64,000 bases of DNA, from NCBI GenBank assembly GCA_964540135.1, contig CAZILK010000001.1:17843-81842 (forward strand). The letters are read 5' to 3'. Source of the DNA: an uncultured Candidatus Saccharibacteria bacterium (GTDB lineage Bacteria; Patescibacteriota; WWE3; UBA101185; UBA10185). Made by a program: the position numbers and the translations under genes. Shown here piece after piece: positions 1-10,887 of the stretch (position 1 is the stretch's first letter; every line of letters starts with the position of its first letter). The notes under the pieces were generated by a model. It was not told the DNA's origin, ran no database searches, and saw only the letters and a list, made by a program, of their open reading frames with translations.

Positions 1-1
1 A

Positions 2-253
2 TATCTACAAAGACAACCTAAGACCTTGGTTGTATACAATGATCCTGATTTTCTCCAGGTCGCCTTAAAGCTTAAAAGGGTAACTGAGGTGAAAAAAGTT
101 AAAGGTTATGATCCGACTAACTTTAAAAGACCAGCATATTGGGTTGTTCTTGAACCAAAGACTAAGAAACTGCCGCCTAATCTTCAGTCACAGCTTCTCA
201 TTGATTCTACTTATAGAAATGGCCCTAATATTGAGATATTCTATCTAAAGTAA
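2..253 (+). CDS. C-terminal fragment of a protein truncated by the window edge, possibly the soluble tail of a membrane glycosyltransferase
   Basis: The frame is open from position 2 (YLQRQPKTL...) to TAA at 253, and the next gene starts 2 nt later. Confidence 0.55.
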   Translation, partial: YLQRQPKTLVVYNDPDFLQVALKLKRVTEVKKVKGYDPTNFKRPAYWVVLEPKTKKLPPNLQSQLLIDSTYRNGPNIEIFYLK

Positions 254-255
254 TT

Positions 256-1869
256 ATGAAAAAGTTTAAATACGAGATTCTTGTTTTTATATTTGCAATT
301 TTGATTAAACTCCCAAATCTTGGGTACGATACGTTCAATACAGATGTTTGGAAATGGAAATCAAGATCATATAACTTCAGTAATGGTGTTTTTGGACTAG
401 ATTTTAAAGAGACACTTCAAATTTATCATCCCGGAGTTATTTTGATGTGGCACGGTACTTTTGCAATTAAAATCTTTAATCTTTATTACGATGTGGCTGT
501 TGGGGGAGAGCCGCTAAACGATGTTACTTCAATCTTCTACCTAAATTTTGTTCAAAAGCTTCTTGTATCTATTACTGTTGCATTTTGCCTAGCCATAAGC
601 TTTTATCTGCTCAAGAATCTCTTTGGAAAAAAGTTTGCAGCCTTTGGGGTCGCGATGCTTCTTTTTGAACCTCTATTTTTAGCACTGACTCGTGAATTTC
701 ATCTTGAAGGGTTGATGTCTGCCTTTATGCTAGTGGCACTCTTCGCAACTTACTATTATAAAACAACAAAGGGTAGAAAAGCGCTAGTTGTTTCAGCACT
801 CTTTACTGCTTTGGCAGTTTTAACTAAGGTAACTGCGGTACTGCTTTTGCCTTTTATTTTCGGAGCTATTTTATGGGCTTCTCGTACAAAGGATATGAAG
901 CTCAAAGTATTAGTTCAAAAAACTATTCGCCCATGCCTTTCTTGGTTTGGAGTTTTTTTGGTGTTTTGTTTTCTTATGTGGCCAGCACTTTGGGTTAGGC
1001 CTCTTGATGTATATAACAAAGTGGCTCGTGGTATTTTTTCAGTTGGGATTGAAGAAGGACATGATCAAATTTACTTTGGGAAATATGTTTCAGATCCCGG
1101 TGCAACTTTTTACCCTGTAGCGCTTTTAGTTAAATCGTCTGTCTTTTTGGTTCCTGGGCTTATTGGGTATTATCTTTGGGCAAGAAAAAAAGCTTCGCTT
1201 GAGGTGAGGCATTTTAATACCTTCTTGTTAGTTTTTTCAATTTACTATCTTCTTCCTCTTGTCTTTTCATCAAAGAAACTGGATAGGTATGTGCTGCCTT
1301 CACTTTTGTCACTTGTTCTAATATCAACAAGTTTTTATTACTACTTATTAAAGTACAAAGCTAATATCTTTTACAAACTAGTACTGCCTATATTTATAAT
1401 TTGGCTTGGTTTTTTAGCCTATATTCATCCTGACTATTTATCTTACTACTCACCATTTACCGGCGGGCTTCGAAACGGTATTACAATAATCGAACCTAAA
1501 TGGATGTACGGCGGACTTGCGGTTCAAGACTATTTCAAAGAAGTGTCGCAAGAGAGGGGATACACTCCTTTTACAAAAGCTCAGCCGTTCAATGAAATCA
1601 GAAGGAAGAAGGCATTGATGGCGGATAAGCTAACAGTTGCATTCCCGGAAAAATACTACAACCAAACCTATCCGTTTATTCTTCAAATAGGAGGCAAAGC
1701 TATTATTGATAAATTGACAGATGAAGCACAGCAAGCAAAGTTTTTTGTCTTTCCTGTATGGGAAGATAGACATGAGTATTTAGATAAGCATAAGCTTAGA
1801 TACTTTGACTCAATTTATGTCAGGGGCGTTAAATCATTTAATGTTTATGAACGGGTGGGTAACCCTTAG
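256..1869 (+). CDS. GT-C fold (PMT/ArnT-like) polyprenol-phosphate-sugar-dependent glycosyltransferase
   Basis: Many TM helices; acidic residue in first loop (NTDVWKW) followed by YHPG; 'LAVLTK' and 'KKLDRYVLP' motifs; soluble C-terminal domain. Confidence 0.75.
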   Translation: MKKFKYEILVFIFAILIKLPNLGYDTFNTDVWKWKSRSYNFSNGVFGLDFKETLQIYHPGVILMWHGTFAIKIFNLYYDVAVGGEPLNDVTSIFYLNFVQKLLVSITVAFCLAISFYLLKNLFGKKFAAFGVAMLLFEPLFLALTREFHLEGLMSAFMLVALFATYYYKTTKGRKALVVSALFTALAVLTKVTAVLLLPFIFGAILWASRTKDMKLKVLVQKTIRPCLSWFGVFLVFCFLMWPALWVRPLDVYNKVARGIFSVGIEEGHDQIYFGKYVSDPGATFYPVALLVKSSVFLVPGLIGYYLWARKKASLEVRHFNTFLLVFSIYYLLPLVFSSKKLDRYVLPSLLSLVLISTSFYYYLLKYKANIFYKLVLPIFIIWLGFLAYIHPDYLSYYSPFTGGLRNGITIIEPKWMYGGLAVQDYFKEVSQERGYTPFTKAQPFNEIRRKKALMADKLTVAFPEKYYNQTYPFILQIGGKAIIDKLTDEAQQAKFFVFPVWEDRHEYLDKHKLRYFDSIYVRGVKSFNVYERVGNP

Positions 1870-1877
1870 AATTTGGT

Positions 1878-3179
1878 ATGGTTAAAGCAGTGAGTCAGTT
1901 ATACAACAAATTAATACAGCTGATTGGTAAGAATACTTTTGATACTGTCTTTGTGACTGGGGCTTTGTTTGGAGTTGGTTTTTTCTCATACCTCCTGCAA
2001 CTTCTTCTCGGAAGATTTTTAACTGTTGAAGGCTTTGGTGATTTCACAGCTCTTCTTTCCCTAGTTACTATAATCTCGTTTTGTTCAAATGTCATTGGAA
2101 TGGCGCTTGTTAAGCTCTTTTCAGAGCTTTATGCAGATAAAAAGATATCGACTCTAACAAACCTCTTTCTTAAGGTTTTACTTGTTTCAGTTATTGCAGG
2201 TATAGTACTCGCACTTACAACAGTGGTTTTTCAAAAACCAATTCACGACTATTTAAATATCAGCTCAACAAATGTAATACTATTTTTTGCGCTTGATTTC
2301 GTACTTACTTTTGGCTTGATGTATGTTGCCACATTTTTGCAGGCTACAAGTAGATTCATATTCTTTTCACTTTATCTTGTAATCGGCAGTATTTTTAGGC
2401 TGTTATTTCCAGTTCTGTTTTTGATCTTTGTAAAAAATGATCCAAGCATGGTGTTTTTTGGCTTCTTTATAGCCCAGGCTCTATCGGTAGTAACCGGCTT
2501 TGTAGCAGTTAAATTAAGCAATGTAGCAAGCGAACCAAGTGAATCAACTTATGTTAAAGGAGATTCCAGAGCACATTTTAAAAAATTACTAACTGAAATA
2601 ATACCTATTGCAGTAATTACAGGTGTTATGGCTCTTCTTTCTAATTATGACATGATACTAGTGAAGCATTTTTTTGATGCCTATAACGCAGGTATTTACG
2701 CAGGTACTTTAACTCTTGGCAAAATAATTTTATTTGGTGCCGGTTCTGTTGCTACTGTTATGTATCCAAGAGTAGTTAGCAGTAAAAAAGATAAAACCCT
2801 ACTTACAAAATTAGTTAAGCAATTTACAGTTATTCAAGTAGTATTCATTTTGATACCTCTAGCTTTGTACGTCTTTTTTCCAAGAGCAATAACAACATTA
2901 TTTTTTGGCGATAAATATATATCTTCAGTCCCGTTTCTTCCGGTGTATGCATCATTTATTGGTTTTTGGGTACTTATAAATTATATGCTTACATTGTTTA
3001 TTGCACTTGATATAAAAAAAATCGCTTTTTTTGTACCACTTTTTTTCATCGCTCAGTATATAGGGATTACATTTTTCCACGCCAATTTACATCAAGTTGT
3101 TTGGGTAAACTTTAGTGTGGGACTTGCTTTTGCGTTATTTACTTCAGGTTATTTTGTTAAAACACTAAGAAAACTTTAA
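1878..3179 (+). CDS. wzx: Wzx-like oligosaccharide flippase (MOP superfamily)
   Basis: About 12 TM helices; 'LGRFLTVEGFGDF', 'NYDMILVKHF...AGIY', 'VMYPRV' and 'LFFGDKY' patterns. Confidence 0.8.
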   Translation: MVKAVSQLYNKLIQLIGKNTFDTVFVTGALFGVGFFSYLLQLLLGRFLTVEGFGDFTALLSLVTIISFCSNVIGMALVKLFSELYADKKISTLTNLFLKVLLVSVIAGIVLALTTVVFQKPIHDYLNISSTNVILFFALDFVLTFGLMYVATFLQATSRFIFFSLYLVIGSIFRLLFPVLFLIFVKNDPSMVFFGFFIAQALSVVTGFVAVKLSNVASEPSESTYVKGDSRAHFKKLLTEIIPIAVITGVMALLSNYDMILVKHFFDAYNAGIYAGTLTLGKIILFGAGSVATVMYPRVVSSKKDKTLLTKLVKQFTVIQVVFILIPLALYVFFPRAITTLFFGDKYISSVPFLPVYASFIGFWVLINYMLTLFIALDIKKIAFFVPLFFIAQYIGITFFHANLHQVVWVNFSVGLAFALFTSGYFVKTLRKL

Positions 3180-4105
3180 GTATAATTTTGTTTAAACCAT
3201 TCGTAGGTTGAAGCAATGCCTTCTTTGATTCCTATTTTTGGTTTCCAGCCCATATTAAAAAGTTTTGTATTATCAAACAGTCTTTTTGGCGTCCCGTCTG
3301 GTTTTGATGGATCGGTTAAGATCTCACCTGTAAATCCAACAATCTCCGCAATCATTTGAGTGTACTCCATGATAGTGTAATCTTCCCCATATCCAACGTT
3401 GATTATCTCATCATCATTATAATTTTCCATTAAAAAGACAATGGCATCTGCCATGTCATCAACATGGAGGTATTCTCTTCTCGGAGTTCCTGTACCCCAG
3501 ATTGTTATTGTTTTAGATCCAGCAACTTTTGCTTCATGTAACCTTCTAATAAGTGCTGGCAAGAAATGAGATGAAGTTAGATCAAAGTTATCGTTTGGTC
3601 CATATAAGTTTGCAGGTTGAGCACTTATAAAGTTTGTTCCGTACTGTTTGTTATAGGACTTACACATAGTGATTCCTGCAAGCTTTGCCATTGCGTACGC
3701 CTCATTTGATGGTTCAAGAGCTCCTGTCATCAGGTATTCTTCTTTAACCGGAACTGGCGCAAATTTTGGATAAATACACACAGAGCCAAGAAACACTAGT
3801 TTTTTAACCCCAGTTTTATATGCATTATGAATAACATTGTTTTGTATTTTTAAATTCTCATAGATAAATTCAGCTGGGTGTTCTTTATTTGCAATAATGC
3901 CACCAACTTTAGCAGCTGCTAAAAACACATACTCTGGTTTATGAGTTTGAAAGAACTCTTCTGTTTGAGCCTCGTTTCCAAGATCAAGCTCAGCTCTTGT
4001 TTTAAGAAGTAGGTTTGTAAACCCCTTGTTTTGTAAATTTCTTGTAATTCCGGATCCCACAAGTCCTTTATGACCTGCAACAAATATTTTAGAATCTTTG
4101 TTCAT
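3176..4105 (-). CDS. fcl: GDP-L-fucose synthase
   Basis: [31 protein letters not shown] and WGTGTPRRE motifs. Start refined to ATG 4105 (MNKDSKIF), which has GGAGG upstream. Confidence 0.95.
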   Translation of the reverse strand: MNKDSKIFVAGHKGLVGSGITRNLQNKGFTNLLLKTRAELDLGNEAQTEEFFQTHKPEYVFLAAAKVGGIIANKEHPAEFIYENLKIQNNVIHNAYKTGVKKLVFLGSVCIYPKFAPVPVKEEYLMTGALEPSNEAYAMAKLAGITMCKSYNKQYGTNFISAQPANLYGPNDNFDLTSSHFLPALIRRLHEAKVAGSKTITIWGTGTPRREYLHVDDMADAIVFLMENYNDDEIINVGYGEDYTIMEYTQMIAEIVGFTGEILTDPSKPDGTPKRLFDNTKLFNMGWKPKIGIKEGIASTYEWFKQNYT

Positions 4106-5135
4106 TTTTTTCCTCCATTTTAAAATCACTTTCACACATCATAGTGATCAACTCGTCAAAAGTTGTCTTTGGTGCCCAGTTTAATTTTTCTTTCGCCAAA
4201 GACGCATTTCCAAGTAAAAAGTCTACTTCTGCCGGTCTAAAGTACTCAGGATCGACTTTAATCATCTCAGTTCCAGTTTTTGTATCATATCCTACCTCAT
4301 CAAGTCCTTCTCCTCTCCATGCGAGTTCGTAGCCAAAATGTCTTGCAGCTTTTTCGGTAAATTCCCGGACTGAATGTGTTTCTCCGGTTGCAATTACAAA
4401 ATCCTCAGCATTTTCTTGTTGAAGCATAAGCCACATAGCTTCAACATAGTCACCTGCAAATCCCCAGTCTCTTTGTGAATCAAGATTGCCAAGGAAAAGC
4501 ATCTTTTCGTGTCCCAGCTTGATTCTTGCAAGCCCCCTTGAGATTTTTCTTGTCACAAAGGTTTTGCCTCGCCTTGGCGATTCATGATTAAAAAGAATGC
4601 CTGAACAAGCATAGATTCCGTAGCTTTCTCTGTAGTTAACAGTAATCCAATGAGCGTATAGTTTAGCAACTCCATAGGGGCTCCTTGGGTAGAAAGGTGT
4701 CTTTTCAGTTTGTGGGGTTTCTTGTACCTTACCAAACATTTCACTGCTTGAGGCTTGGTAAAACTTAATTTTAGGATTAACTCTGTTAATTGCCTCAAGA
4801 ATCCTAAGCGTGCCAAGACCAACGACATTTCCGGTGTACTCAGGGAGTTCAAAACTCACTTTAACATGGCTCTGAGCACCAAGGTTATAGATCTCTTCTG
4901 GTGAGACTTTCTCAATTAGGTTACTTAAAATACTGGAATCTGTAAGGTCTCCGTAGTGAAGGTGGAGCTGCGGGTGGTTGTGGTGAGGATCTTCATATAA
5001 ATGGTCCAGTCTTTGAGTATTGAAGTTGCTTGAGCGCCTAATAACGCCATGAACCTCATATCCCTTGTTTAGGAGTAGCTCTGTAAGGTAAGAGCCGTCT
5101 TGGCCAGTAATTCCGGTAATCAATGCTTTTTTCAT
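4089..5135 (-). CDS. gmd: GDP-mannose 4,6-dehydratase
   Basis: [36 protein letters not shown] and NHESPRRG motifs. Confidence 0.97.
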   Translation of the reverse strand: MKKALITGITGQDGSYLTELLLNKGYEVHGVIRRSSNFNTQRLDHLYEDPHHNHPQLHLHYGDLTDSSILSNLIEKVSPEEIYNLGAQSHVKVSFELPEYTGNVVGLGTLRILEAINRVNPKIKFYQASSSEMFGKVQETPQTEKTPFYPRSPYGVAKLYAHWITVNYRESYGIYACSGILFNHESPRRGKTFVTRKISRGLARIKLGHEKMLFLGNLDSQRDWGFAGDYVEAMWLMLQQENAEDFVIATGETHSVREFTEKAARHFGYELAWRGEGLDEVGYDTKTGTEMIKVDPEYFRPAEVDFLLGNASLAKEKLNWAPKTTFDELITMMCESDFKMEEKNEQRF

Positions 5136-5218
5136 AACTAAGTGATTTTAATACATTTTAAGAGGTCTTTAAAGAGTAGGTTATTTATTCATGTTTTTAA
5201 ACAGTGTATATTAAGACT

Positions 5219-5866
5219 GTGAAAGACAATTTACTACTATCCGGTAATTATTCGGGGTCATTTAATGTACCTGTCTTTAATAAGGTACCTTTTAATAAAA
5301 CTTGCCTTGATGTTGGGTGTTGGGACGGTAACCTTGGGGAAAAGCTCGTATCTCATAAGAAATGTGTTGTAGATGGTATTGATGTTAACGAGGAGATGCT
5401 AAATAAAGCAAAGACACGTGGATATCGGTCAGTTTACCCAATTAACTTAAATCTTGATACTTTGGATTTTTCTTCTATTAAAGAAAGTTACGATGTGATT
5501 ATCTTTGCTGATATTCTTGAACATCTGATCAATCCAGTAAATGTTCTAAGACTTCTAAGTGAGAAACTTAATAAAGACGGTATGATTATAATCTCGTTAC
5601 CTAATGTTGCCTTTTTACTTAATCGGTTAAATTTATTACTTGGTAAATGGCAATATAAAGAATTTGGGACTTTAGATAAAACACATCTTAAATTTTTTAC
5701 ACTTAAAACAGGAAGAGAAATGGTTGAGTCAGTTGGGCTTAAAGTTTTAGATGTTATTCCGTATAATCAATTCGGTATTTTAAAAAAGATACATCCACTA
5801 GAAGAGATTTTCCCAGAACTTCTAGCGTATCAGTTTATGGTCGTTGCAACAAAAGATGAAAAATAA
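5219..5866 (+). CDS. Class I SAM-dependent methyltransferase (glycan-cluster type)
   Basis: LDVGC, FADILEH, ISLPN and GTLDKTHLKFFT motifs. Start refined to GTG 5219, 6 nt after TATATT. Confidence 0.85.
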   Translation: MKDNLLLSGNYSGSFNVPVFNKVPFNKTCLDVGCWDGNLGEKLVSHKKCVVDGIDVNEEMLNKAKTRGYRSVYPINLNLDTLDFSSIKESYDVIIFADILEHLINPVNVLRLLSEKLNKDGMIIISLPNVAFLLNRLNLLLGKWQYKEFGTLDKTHLKFFTLKTGREMVESVGLKVLDVIPYNQFGILKKIHPLEEIFPELLAYQFMVVATKDEK

Positions 5867-6686
5867 AGTAGATGATGTTCTAGTTAGTATAATCTTGCCC
5901 GCATACAAACAAGAGAAAAATATTAAAGAGGATATCCAAAGAATAACTGGAGTTATGGACAGTACCAGATTTAATTACGAGCTAATCGTTATTGTCGATG
6001 GTTTTTTAGATAGAACTTTTGAAATTGCTAAAACACTTGAGTCAGACAAAATCCATGTTGAGGGTTACAAAACAAACTACGGTAAAGGCTATGCTGTAAG
6101 ATACGGTATGGCAAGAGCTAAAGGAGATTTCATAGCATTTATTGATGGCGGTATGGAAATTGATCCAAACGGAATTTCTATGATTCTTGAGCACATGCTG
6201 TGGTATAAGGCTGACATAATGGTAGGGAGTAAGAGACACCCAGCAAGTATTGTTAAATACCCATTCTTCCGAAGATTTTATAGTTTCGGGTACTCGACTC
6301 TTTGTAGACTGCTTTTTAGACTTAAAATCTCAGATACTCAAGCAGGGCTTAAAGTTTATAGAAAAGAAGTACTTGATAAGGTTTTACCTAGACTTGTTGT
6401 TAAAGCTTATGCTTTTGATGTTGAGCTATTAGCTGTTGCTAAATACCTTGGGTTTAAAAGAATCTTTGAGGCGCCAATTGCTGTTTCGCTTGATTTCACT
6501 TCAAGCGGGAAATTATCTTCAGTTTTTAACAAACAAATTAAAGATATTCTATATGACACAATTGCTATCTTTTATCGCATGTATATTCTTGGTTATTATA
6601 AAGACTCAAGTCAACGCAAGTGGATTTACAGCGAGGAACTTAAGATGAATGTTAATACCGGAGAGTTTAACAAACATGGCAAATGA
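5856..6686 (+). CDS. GT2 glycosyltransferase, DPM1/polyprenol-phosphate glycosyltransferase-like
   Basis: IILPAY, IVDG, NYGKGYAVRYG, GSKRHP, DTQAGLK and FDVELL motifs. Start refined to ATG 5856. Confidence 0.85.
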   Translation: MKNKVDDVLVSIILPAYKQEKNIKEDIQRITGVMDSTRFNYELIVIVDGFLDRTFEIAKTLESDKIHVEGYKTNYGKGYAVRYGMARAKGDFIAFIDGGMEIDPNGISMILEHMLWYKADIMVGSKRHPASIVKYPFFRRFYSFGYSTLCRLLFRLKISDTQAGLKVYRKEVLDKVLPRLVVKAYAFDVELLAVAKYLGFKRIFEAPIAVSLDFTSSGKLSSVFNKQIKDILYDTIAIFYRMYILGYYKDSSQRKWIYSEELKMNVNTGEFNKHGK

Positions 6687-7497
6687 TCCTTTAGTTTCTG
6701 TATTAATACCAGTATACAATGCAGAGAAGTATTTTAATGAAGCACTTCAGAGTATTGTAGATCAAACATATAAAAATATTGAAATAGTCATAATTGATGA
6801 TTGTTCTCAAGATAGTACTGGTGCCATCGCTAAAGCTTTTTCAACTAAAGACTCAAGAGTAAAAGTATTTACAAACGAACAAAATTTGAAACTAAGTGGT
6901 GCTCTTAATGAGGGAATAAGCCATTGTTTCGGGAAATATATTGTTCGGATGGACGGGGACGACGTTTCTTTTTTAGACCGGATTGAAAAGCAAGTAGCAT
7001 ATATGGAACAAAACCCGGAAGTTGGTATTAGCGGCGGTTCGATGGAGATAGGCGATGAGTATTTAGCTAAAATTGGAACTCGAAAATATTATTTAACAGA
7101 CAGTGCTATTAGAAAGAATATCTTTAAATTTAGCCCTTTTTGCCATCCAGGTGTAATTATTAGAAAAGAAGTTTTTGATATAGTAGGTGGGTATGACGGG
7201 AGTTTCACACCGGCTGAGGACTATGAGTTGTATTTTAGAATTGGACTCAAATTTAAGTTTGGCAATATTTCAGATTTTGTTTTGCATTATAGGACACTTC
7301 CAAACAGTATGACCACAAGTTCCATTTCTAAGATGGAGAAAAAAACTATAGAAGTTAGAAAGAAATACATGAAGGTCTACAATGCCGGCTTGTCTGATTA
7401 CTTGTACACCTACGCACATGAAACATTAGGCAGGCTAATACCTCCAACACTTAAGCTGCGATTGTTTATTTTTATTAGAAGCCTGTTTGCAAAGTAA
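6676..7497 (+). CDS. GT2 family glycosyltransferase
   Basis: VSVLIPVYN, IDDCSQD, RMDGDD, HPGV and AEDY motifs. Start refined to ATG 6676. Confidence 0.9.
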   Translation: MANDPLVSVLIPVYNAEKYFNEALQSIVDQTYKNIEIVIIDDCSQDSTGAIAKAFSTKDSRVKVFTNEQNLKLSGALNEGISHCFGKYIVRMDGDDVSFLDRIEKQVAYMEQNPEVGISGGSMEIGDEYLAKIGTRKYYLTDSAIRKNIFKFSPFCHPGVIIRKEVFDIVGGYDGSFTPAEDYELYFRIGLKFKFGNISDFVLHYRTLPNSMTTSSISKMEKKTIEVRKKYMKVYNAGLSDYLYTYAHETLGRLIPPTLKLRLFIFIRSLFAK

Positions 7498-7498
7498 T

Positions 7499-8428
7499 AT
7501 GATTAGGTTAATTTTAAAAGGCGGTCTTGGCAATCAAATGTTTCAGTACGCGGCAGCATACTCTCTTGCTAAGAAGCACAATACAACTTTACTTCTTGAT
7601 ACAACTTTTCTAGACACAAATTGGCCTATAAAAGAGTTTGTTAAAAGAGACCTTGAGCTTGATTTATTTAACATCGATTATCAAACTACCGGTTTCTCCG
7701 GCTCAAGATTTATAAATAACTACTTAGGCTATCTTCTTTACTCACTTATTACCTATTTCGGGAGCAAACCCAAATGTGTGACTCAGAATCAAGCATTTAA
7801 CGCACTCGACAAACTACTCAACCAACAAAAATCTTGCAGTGAGCCATCTAAAGAAGATTTTGATAATTTCCCGCAAGACATGCTCCTTGAATGCTATATG
7901 AATGATTACCGATTATTTGAGGTTTTTAGAAGTGAGATATGTGAGATGTACGATACCGACAAGCTAATTGACGACACTTTTAGTGGTACAGAGGAGGCAA
8001 TACGAGCTACAACTTCGGTTGCTGTAAACATAAGAAGAGGGGACTTTCTATTTAAAAAGAACAAGCTTGTGATGAAAATCCTAGATGACAACTACTTTAC
8101 ACAAGCTATAAAGATAATTAAATCAAAAGTTCCAAATCCACATTTCTTTATATTTAACTACGATTATCCTGAAGGTATGACAAGTCCTTACGGTCTATCA
8201 GCTAAAGAATACTCGCTTCTTGGTAGAGAATTTGTTGGTGATCGCTTTAAAACCTATCTACGATTAGCCTCTATTTGCAATCACAATATTTTGTCAAACA
8301 GTACTTTTTCATTCTGGGGTGCGTATTTGAACAAACACATAGATAAAGTAGTAGTTGCTCCAACCTTTTGGGATACATCAGGAAAAGAGTTCTCACTCCC
8401 TAAAGATTGGTTAAAAGTTACTAATTAA
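7499..8428 (+). CDS. GT11 alpha-1,2-fucosyltransferase-like protein
   Basis: GGLGNQMFQYA, xIRRGDF and HNILSNSTFSFWGAYL motifs; close to gmd/fcl. Start refined to ATG 7499. Confidence 0.88.
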   Translation: MIRLILKGGLGNQMFQYAAAYSLAKKHNTTLLLDTTFLDTNWPIKEFVKRDLELDLFNIDYQTTGFSGSRFINNYLGYLLYSLITYFGSKPKCVTQNQAFNALDKLLNQQKSCSEPSKEDFDNFPQDMLLECYMNDYRLFEVFRSEICEMYDTDKLIDDTFSGTEEAIRATTSVAVNIRRGDFLFKKNKLVMKILDDNYFTQAIKIIKSKVPNPHFFIFNYDYPEGMTSPYGLSAKEYSLLGREFVGDRFKTYLRLASICNHNILSNSTFSFWGAYLNKHIDKVVVAPTFWDTSGKEFSLPKDWLKVTN

Positions 8429-8433
8429 TATAA

Positions 8434-9483
8434 ATGAATATATTATTTTTTGTACCTCACAAAACTATATATGCAGGTCGAACTATATATGAAGGTTATA
8501 AAAATGCTTTCACCGATCTTGGACATACCTTTAAATTCTTAACTGCTGATGATAATCAACAAGAAGTTTTTAGTTCGTTTGCACCGGACATATTCTTCAC
8601 AAGTATTCATTCATATATATTTAAATATTTAGATCTGACTTCTTTAAAAGCTCAAAAGAAAAAAGGCATGAAAGTCTTTGTGAATATGCCAATGTGGCAC
8701 TCACCGCTTTCCAAAACGCGGATTAATGAGGCTCCAAGTATCTCGGGTGTTAAGGAGTATGTACGCTTAATTAAATCAGGTGAGTACGGTGACGTTTATT
8801 ATAATGTTTTTAGGCAAGGTGATAAGAGAATGGAAGGGTTTGAAGAAACAACAGGTTATAAACATTACACTATTAATCTTGCTGCTGATAAACTGTTAAA
8901 TTATTTTGATTATAACGAGAGTTATAAATGTGATATCTCCTTCCTTGGTACAAATTTGCCTGATAAACAAAAGTTCTTTAAAGAAAGACTTTTCCCACTT
9001 AAGAATTCATACAATCTCATGTTGTTTGGTCAAGATTGGACTTTTAAAGATAAAGCTACGGGTTATTTGGCAAAGGCAGGTATGTATATGAATATCCCAG
9101 TTCTGAAAGATATTCAAAAACCAAAACTGCCGATTGTTGCAGAGAGGCAAATATATTCATCGTCCACAATCTCCTTAAACATACATGAGCAGTTTCAAAG
9201 AGATTTTGGCGGAGACTGTAACGAAAGAACTTTTAAAATACCATTATGTGGTGGATTTGAGATTGTCGACTCAATAGAACACATCAAAGATTTATTTGTT
9301 CCTGATAAAGAAATAGTTATGGCGGAAAGTAAAACTGATTGGTTTGAAAAGATTGATTATTATATTAAAAACCCGGATAAAAGGTTGCCAATAATTGAAG
9401 CTGGTAAAGCAAGAGTACTAAAAGATCACACCTATCATAATAGAGTTAACCAAATCCTTGAACTTTACGCTAAAACTACCTAA
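8434..9483 (+). CDS. CgeB-like (GT-B) glycosyltransferase
   Basis: DISFLGT, ISLNIH, NERTFKIPLCGGF and 'HTYHNRV' C-terminal motifs. Confidence 0.8.
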   Translation: MNILFFVPHKTIYAGRTIYEGYKNAFTDLGHTFKFLTADDNQQEVFSSFAPDIFFTSIHSYIFKYLDLTSLKAQKKKGMKVFVNMPMWHSPLSKTRINEAPSISGVKEYVRLIKSGEYGDVYYNVFRQGDKRMEGFEETTGYKHYTINLAADKLLNYFDYNESYKCDISFLGTNLPDKQKFFKERLFPLKNSYNLMLFGQDWTFKDKATGYLAKAGMYMNIPVLKDIQKPKLPIVAERQIYSSSTISLNIHEQFQRDFGGDCNERTFKIPLCGGFEIVDSIEHIKDLFVPDKEIVMAESKTDWFEKIDYYIKNPDKRLPIIEAGKARVLKDHTYHNRVNQILELYAKTT

Positions 9484-9543
9484 TAGGGTATTTGAGTTCT
9501 TTCGCCAAAATTAAGATGATAGATAGACTTTTTTTGTAAGCTT

Positions 9544-10872
9544 TCAACACAGTACGCCTGCAAGCGAGGTCCCTTCTGGAATAAATGATGTATCAAAGTC
9601 CATAAGCTTACAAATGGTTGCTGCAACTCTTATCGAGTTGTTACAACTTCTTTCATCTGGGTATACATGAGTCATGTTCCCAACGTAAAGATTAGTAAAA
9701 TCAGTTTTGCTTGGGGTTATTTTCTGTGAAAAATTTAAATCAACTACCGGTGCAGCATATTTAGCCTTGAAGACATGGTATTTACTAACATCTTCGTTTT
9801 TGAAGTTTGGGTAAATATCAGATAACCTGGCGATCATTAGCTTTGCTATTTCATCACCCTCCATGAGTGCTAGCGGATCACTGCTTGCATAGTATCTTGA
9901 AAGATAGGCTAGATGAATACCTCTATAGTTATCGCTTGCTATAAAGTTTGTATGTTCTATAACTCCACCAAACGGGAAGCCTGGGTCTGCTACACTAAGC
10001 CAGTAAACATCGCTCAATGCTTTTTTCATTTCTAAGATTACACAAACAGCTGCGAAGTATTCTATGCTTTTGTTTGTTTTCACTATTTCTTTTAGCTGTG
10101 GGGTTTGCACGGTGAATAGATACTGATCAGCGGCATATCTGCTTGTATCAGTTTTCACGGCTGTAACTAAGTTACCATCTAATTCAATATCTAACACACT
10201 ACTGTTTTTCACTATCGTAACTCCCATTTCTTCTAGCTTAGTTTCAAGAGCCTTTATAATAGTTTCAAACCCACCTTCAAAATATCCAAGTTGCTCGTTG
10301 CCCTTACTTCTTGATCTCATTCGTTGAGATAGTCTTCCAATCATCCATGAAAGAGGGACAACATTTGCAAAATCGCCAAATTTTATATTGAGGAGTGGTT
10401 TCCATAAACATTCTGTTACTTCTTTACCGGCAAACTTATAAAACCAAGCTAAAGCTGATATATTCTCTGAATTTCTCCAGTTTGCAAATCTGCCAAGGTA
10501 CATACTTGTTGAGACAAATCTGATTTTTGAAATCATACTCATAGGTTTAAATTTGAATAAGTCAGGTAGTCCATTAAACCCGTATATCTTTTTATTTCTA
10601 AACACACCCATTTTTGTGTTTTTAAATATTTGTTTGTCTGTAATGCCAAGTTCTTCACATAACCACAGGAGTTCTTTATCGTGCGTAAAGAAATGGTGGT
10701 AGTAATACTCAAGCCTACTACCGCCAACATCAAACGATTTCACCACACCGCCAAGAGAGCTTGAAGCTTCAATAAGAGTTACAGTTTGCTTATTTTTAGC
10801 AAGGATATATGCAGCTGCAAGACCAGTCATACCTCCTCCAACAATTAAGATGTGTTTGTTTGTATTTCTCAT
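9544..10872 (-). CDS. FAD-dependent oxidoreductase (HemY/amine-oxidase-like family found in glycan loci)
   Basis: N-terminal GGGMTGLAAA dinucleotide fold, LGG, EYYYHHFF, GYFEGG and YPDERSCN motifs. Confidence 0.8.
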   Translation of the reverse strand: MRNTNKHILIVGGGMTGLAAAYILAKNKQTVTLIEASSSLGGVVKSFDVGGSRLEYYYHHFFTHDKELLWLCEELGITDKQIFKNTKMGVFRNKKIYGFNGLPDLFKFKPMSMISKIRFVSTSMYLGRFANWRNSENISALAWFYKFAGKEVTECLWKPLLNIKFGDFANVVPLSWMIGRLSQRMRSRSKGNEQLGYFEGGFETIIKALETKLEEMGVTIVKNSSVLDIELDGNLVTAVKTDTSRYAADQYLFTVQTPQLKEIVKTNKSIEYFAAVCVILEMKKALSDVYWLSVADPGFPFGGVIEHTNFIASDNYRGIHLAYLSRYYASSDPLALMEGDEIAKLMIARLSDIYPNFKNEDVSKYHVFKAKYAAPVVDLNFSQKITPSKTDFTNLYVGNMTHVYPDERSCNNSIRVAATICKLMDFDTSFIPEGTSLAGVLC

Positions 10873-10887
10873 ATTACGTGTCTGGTT

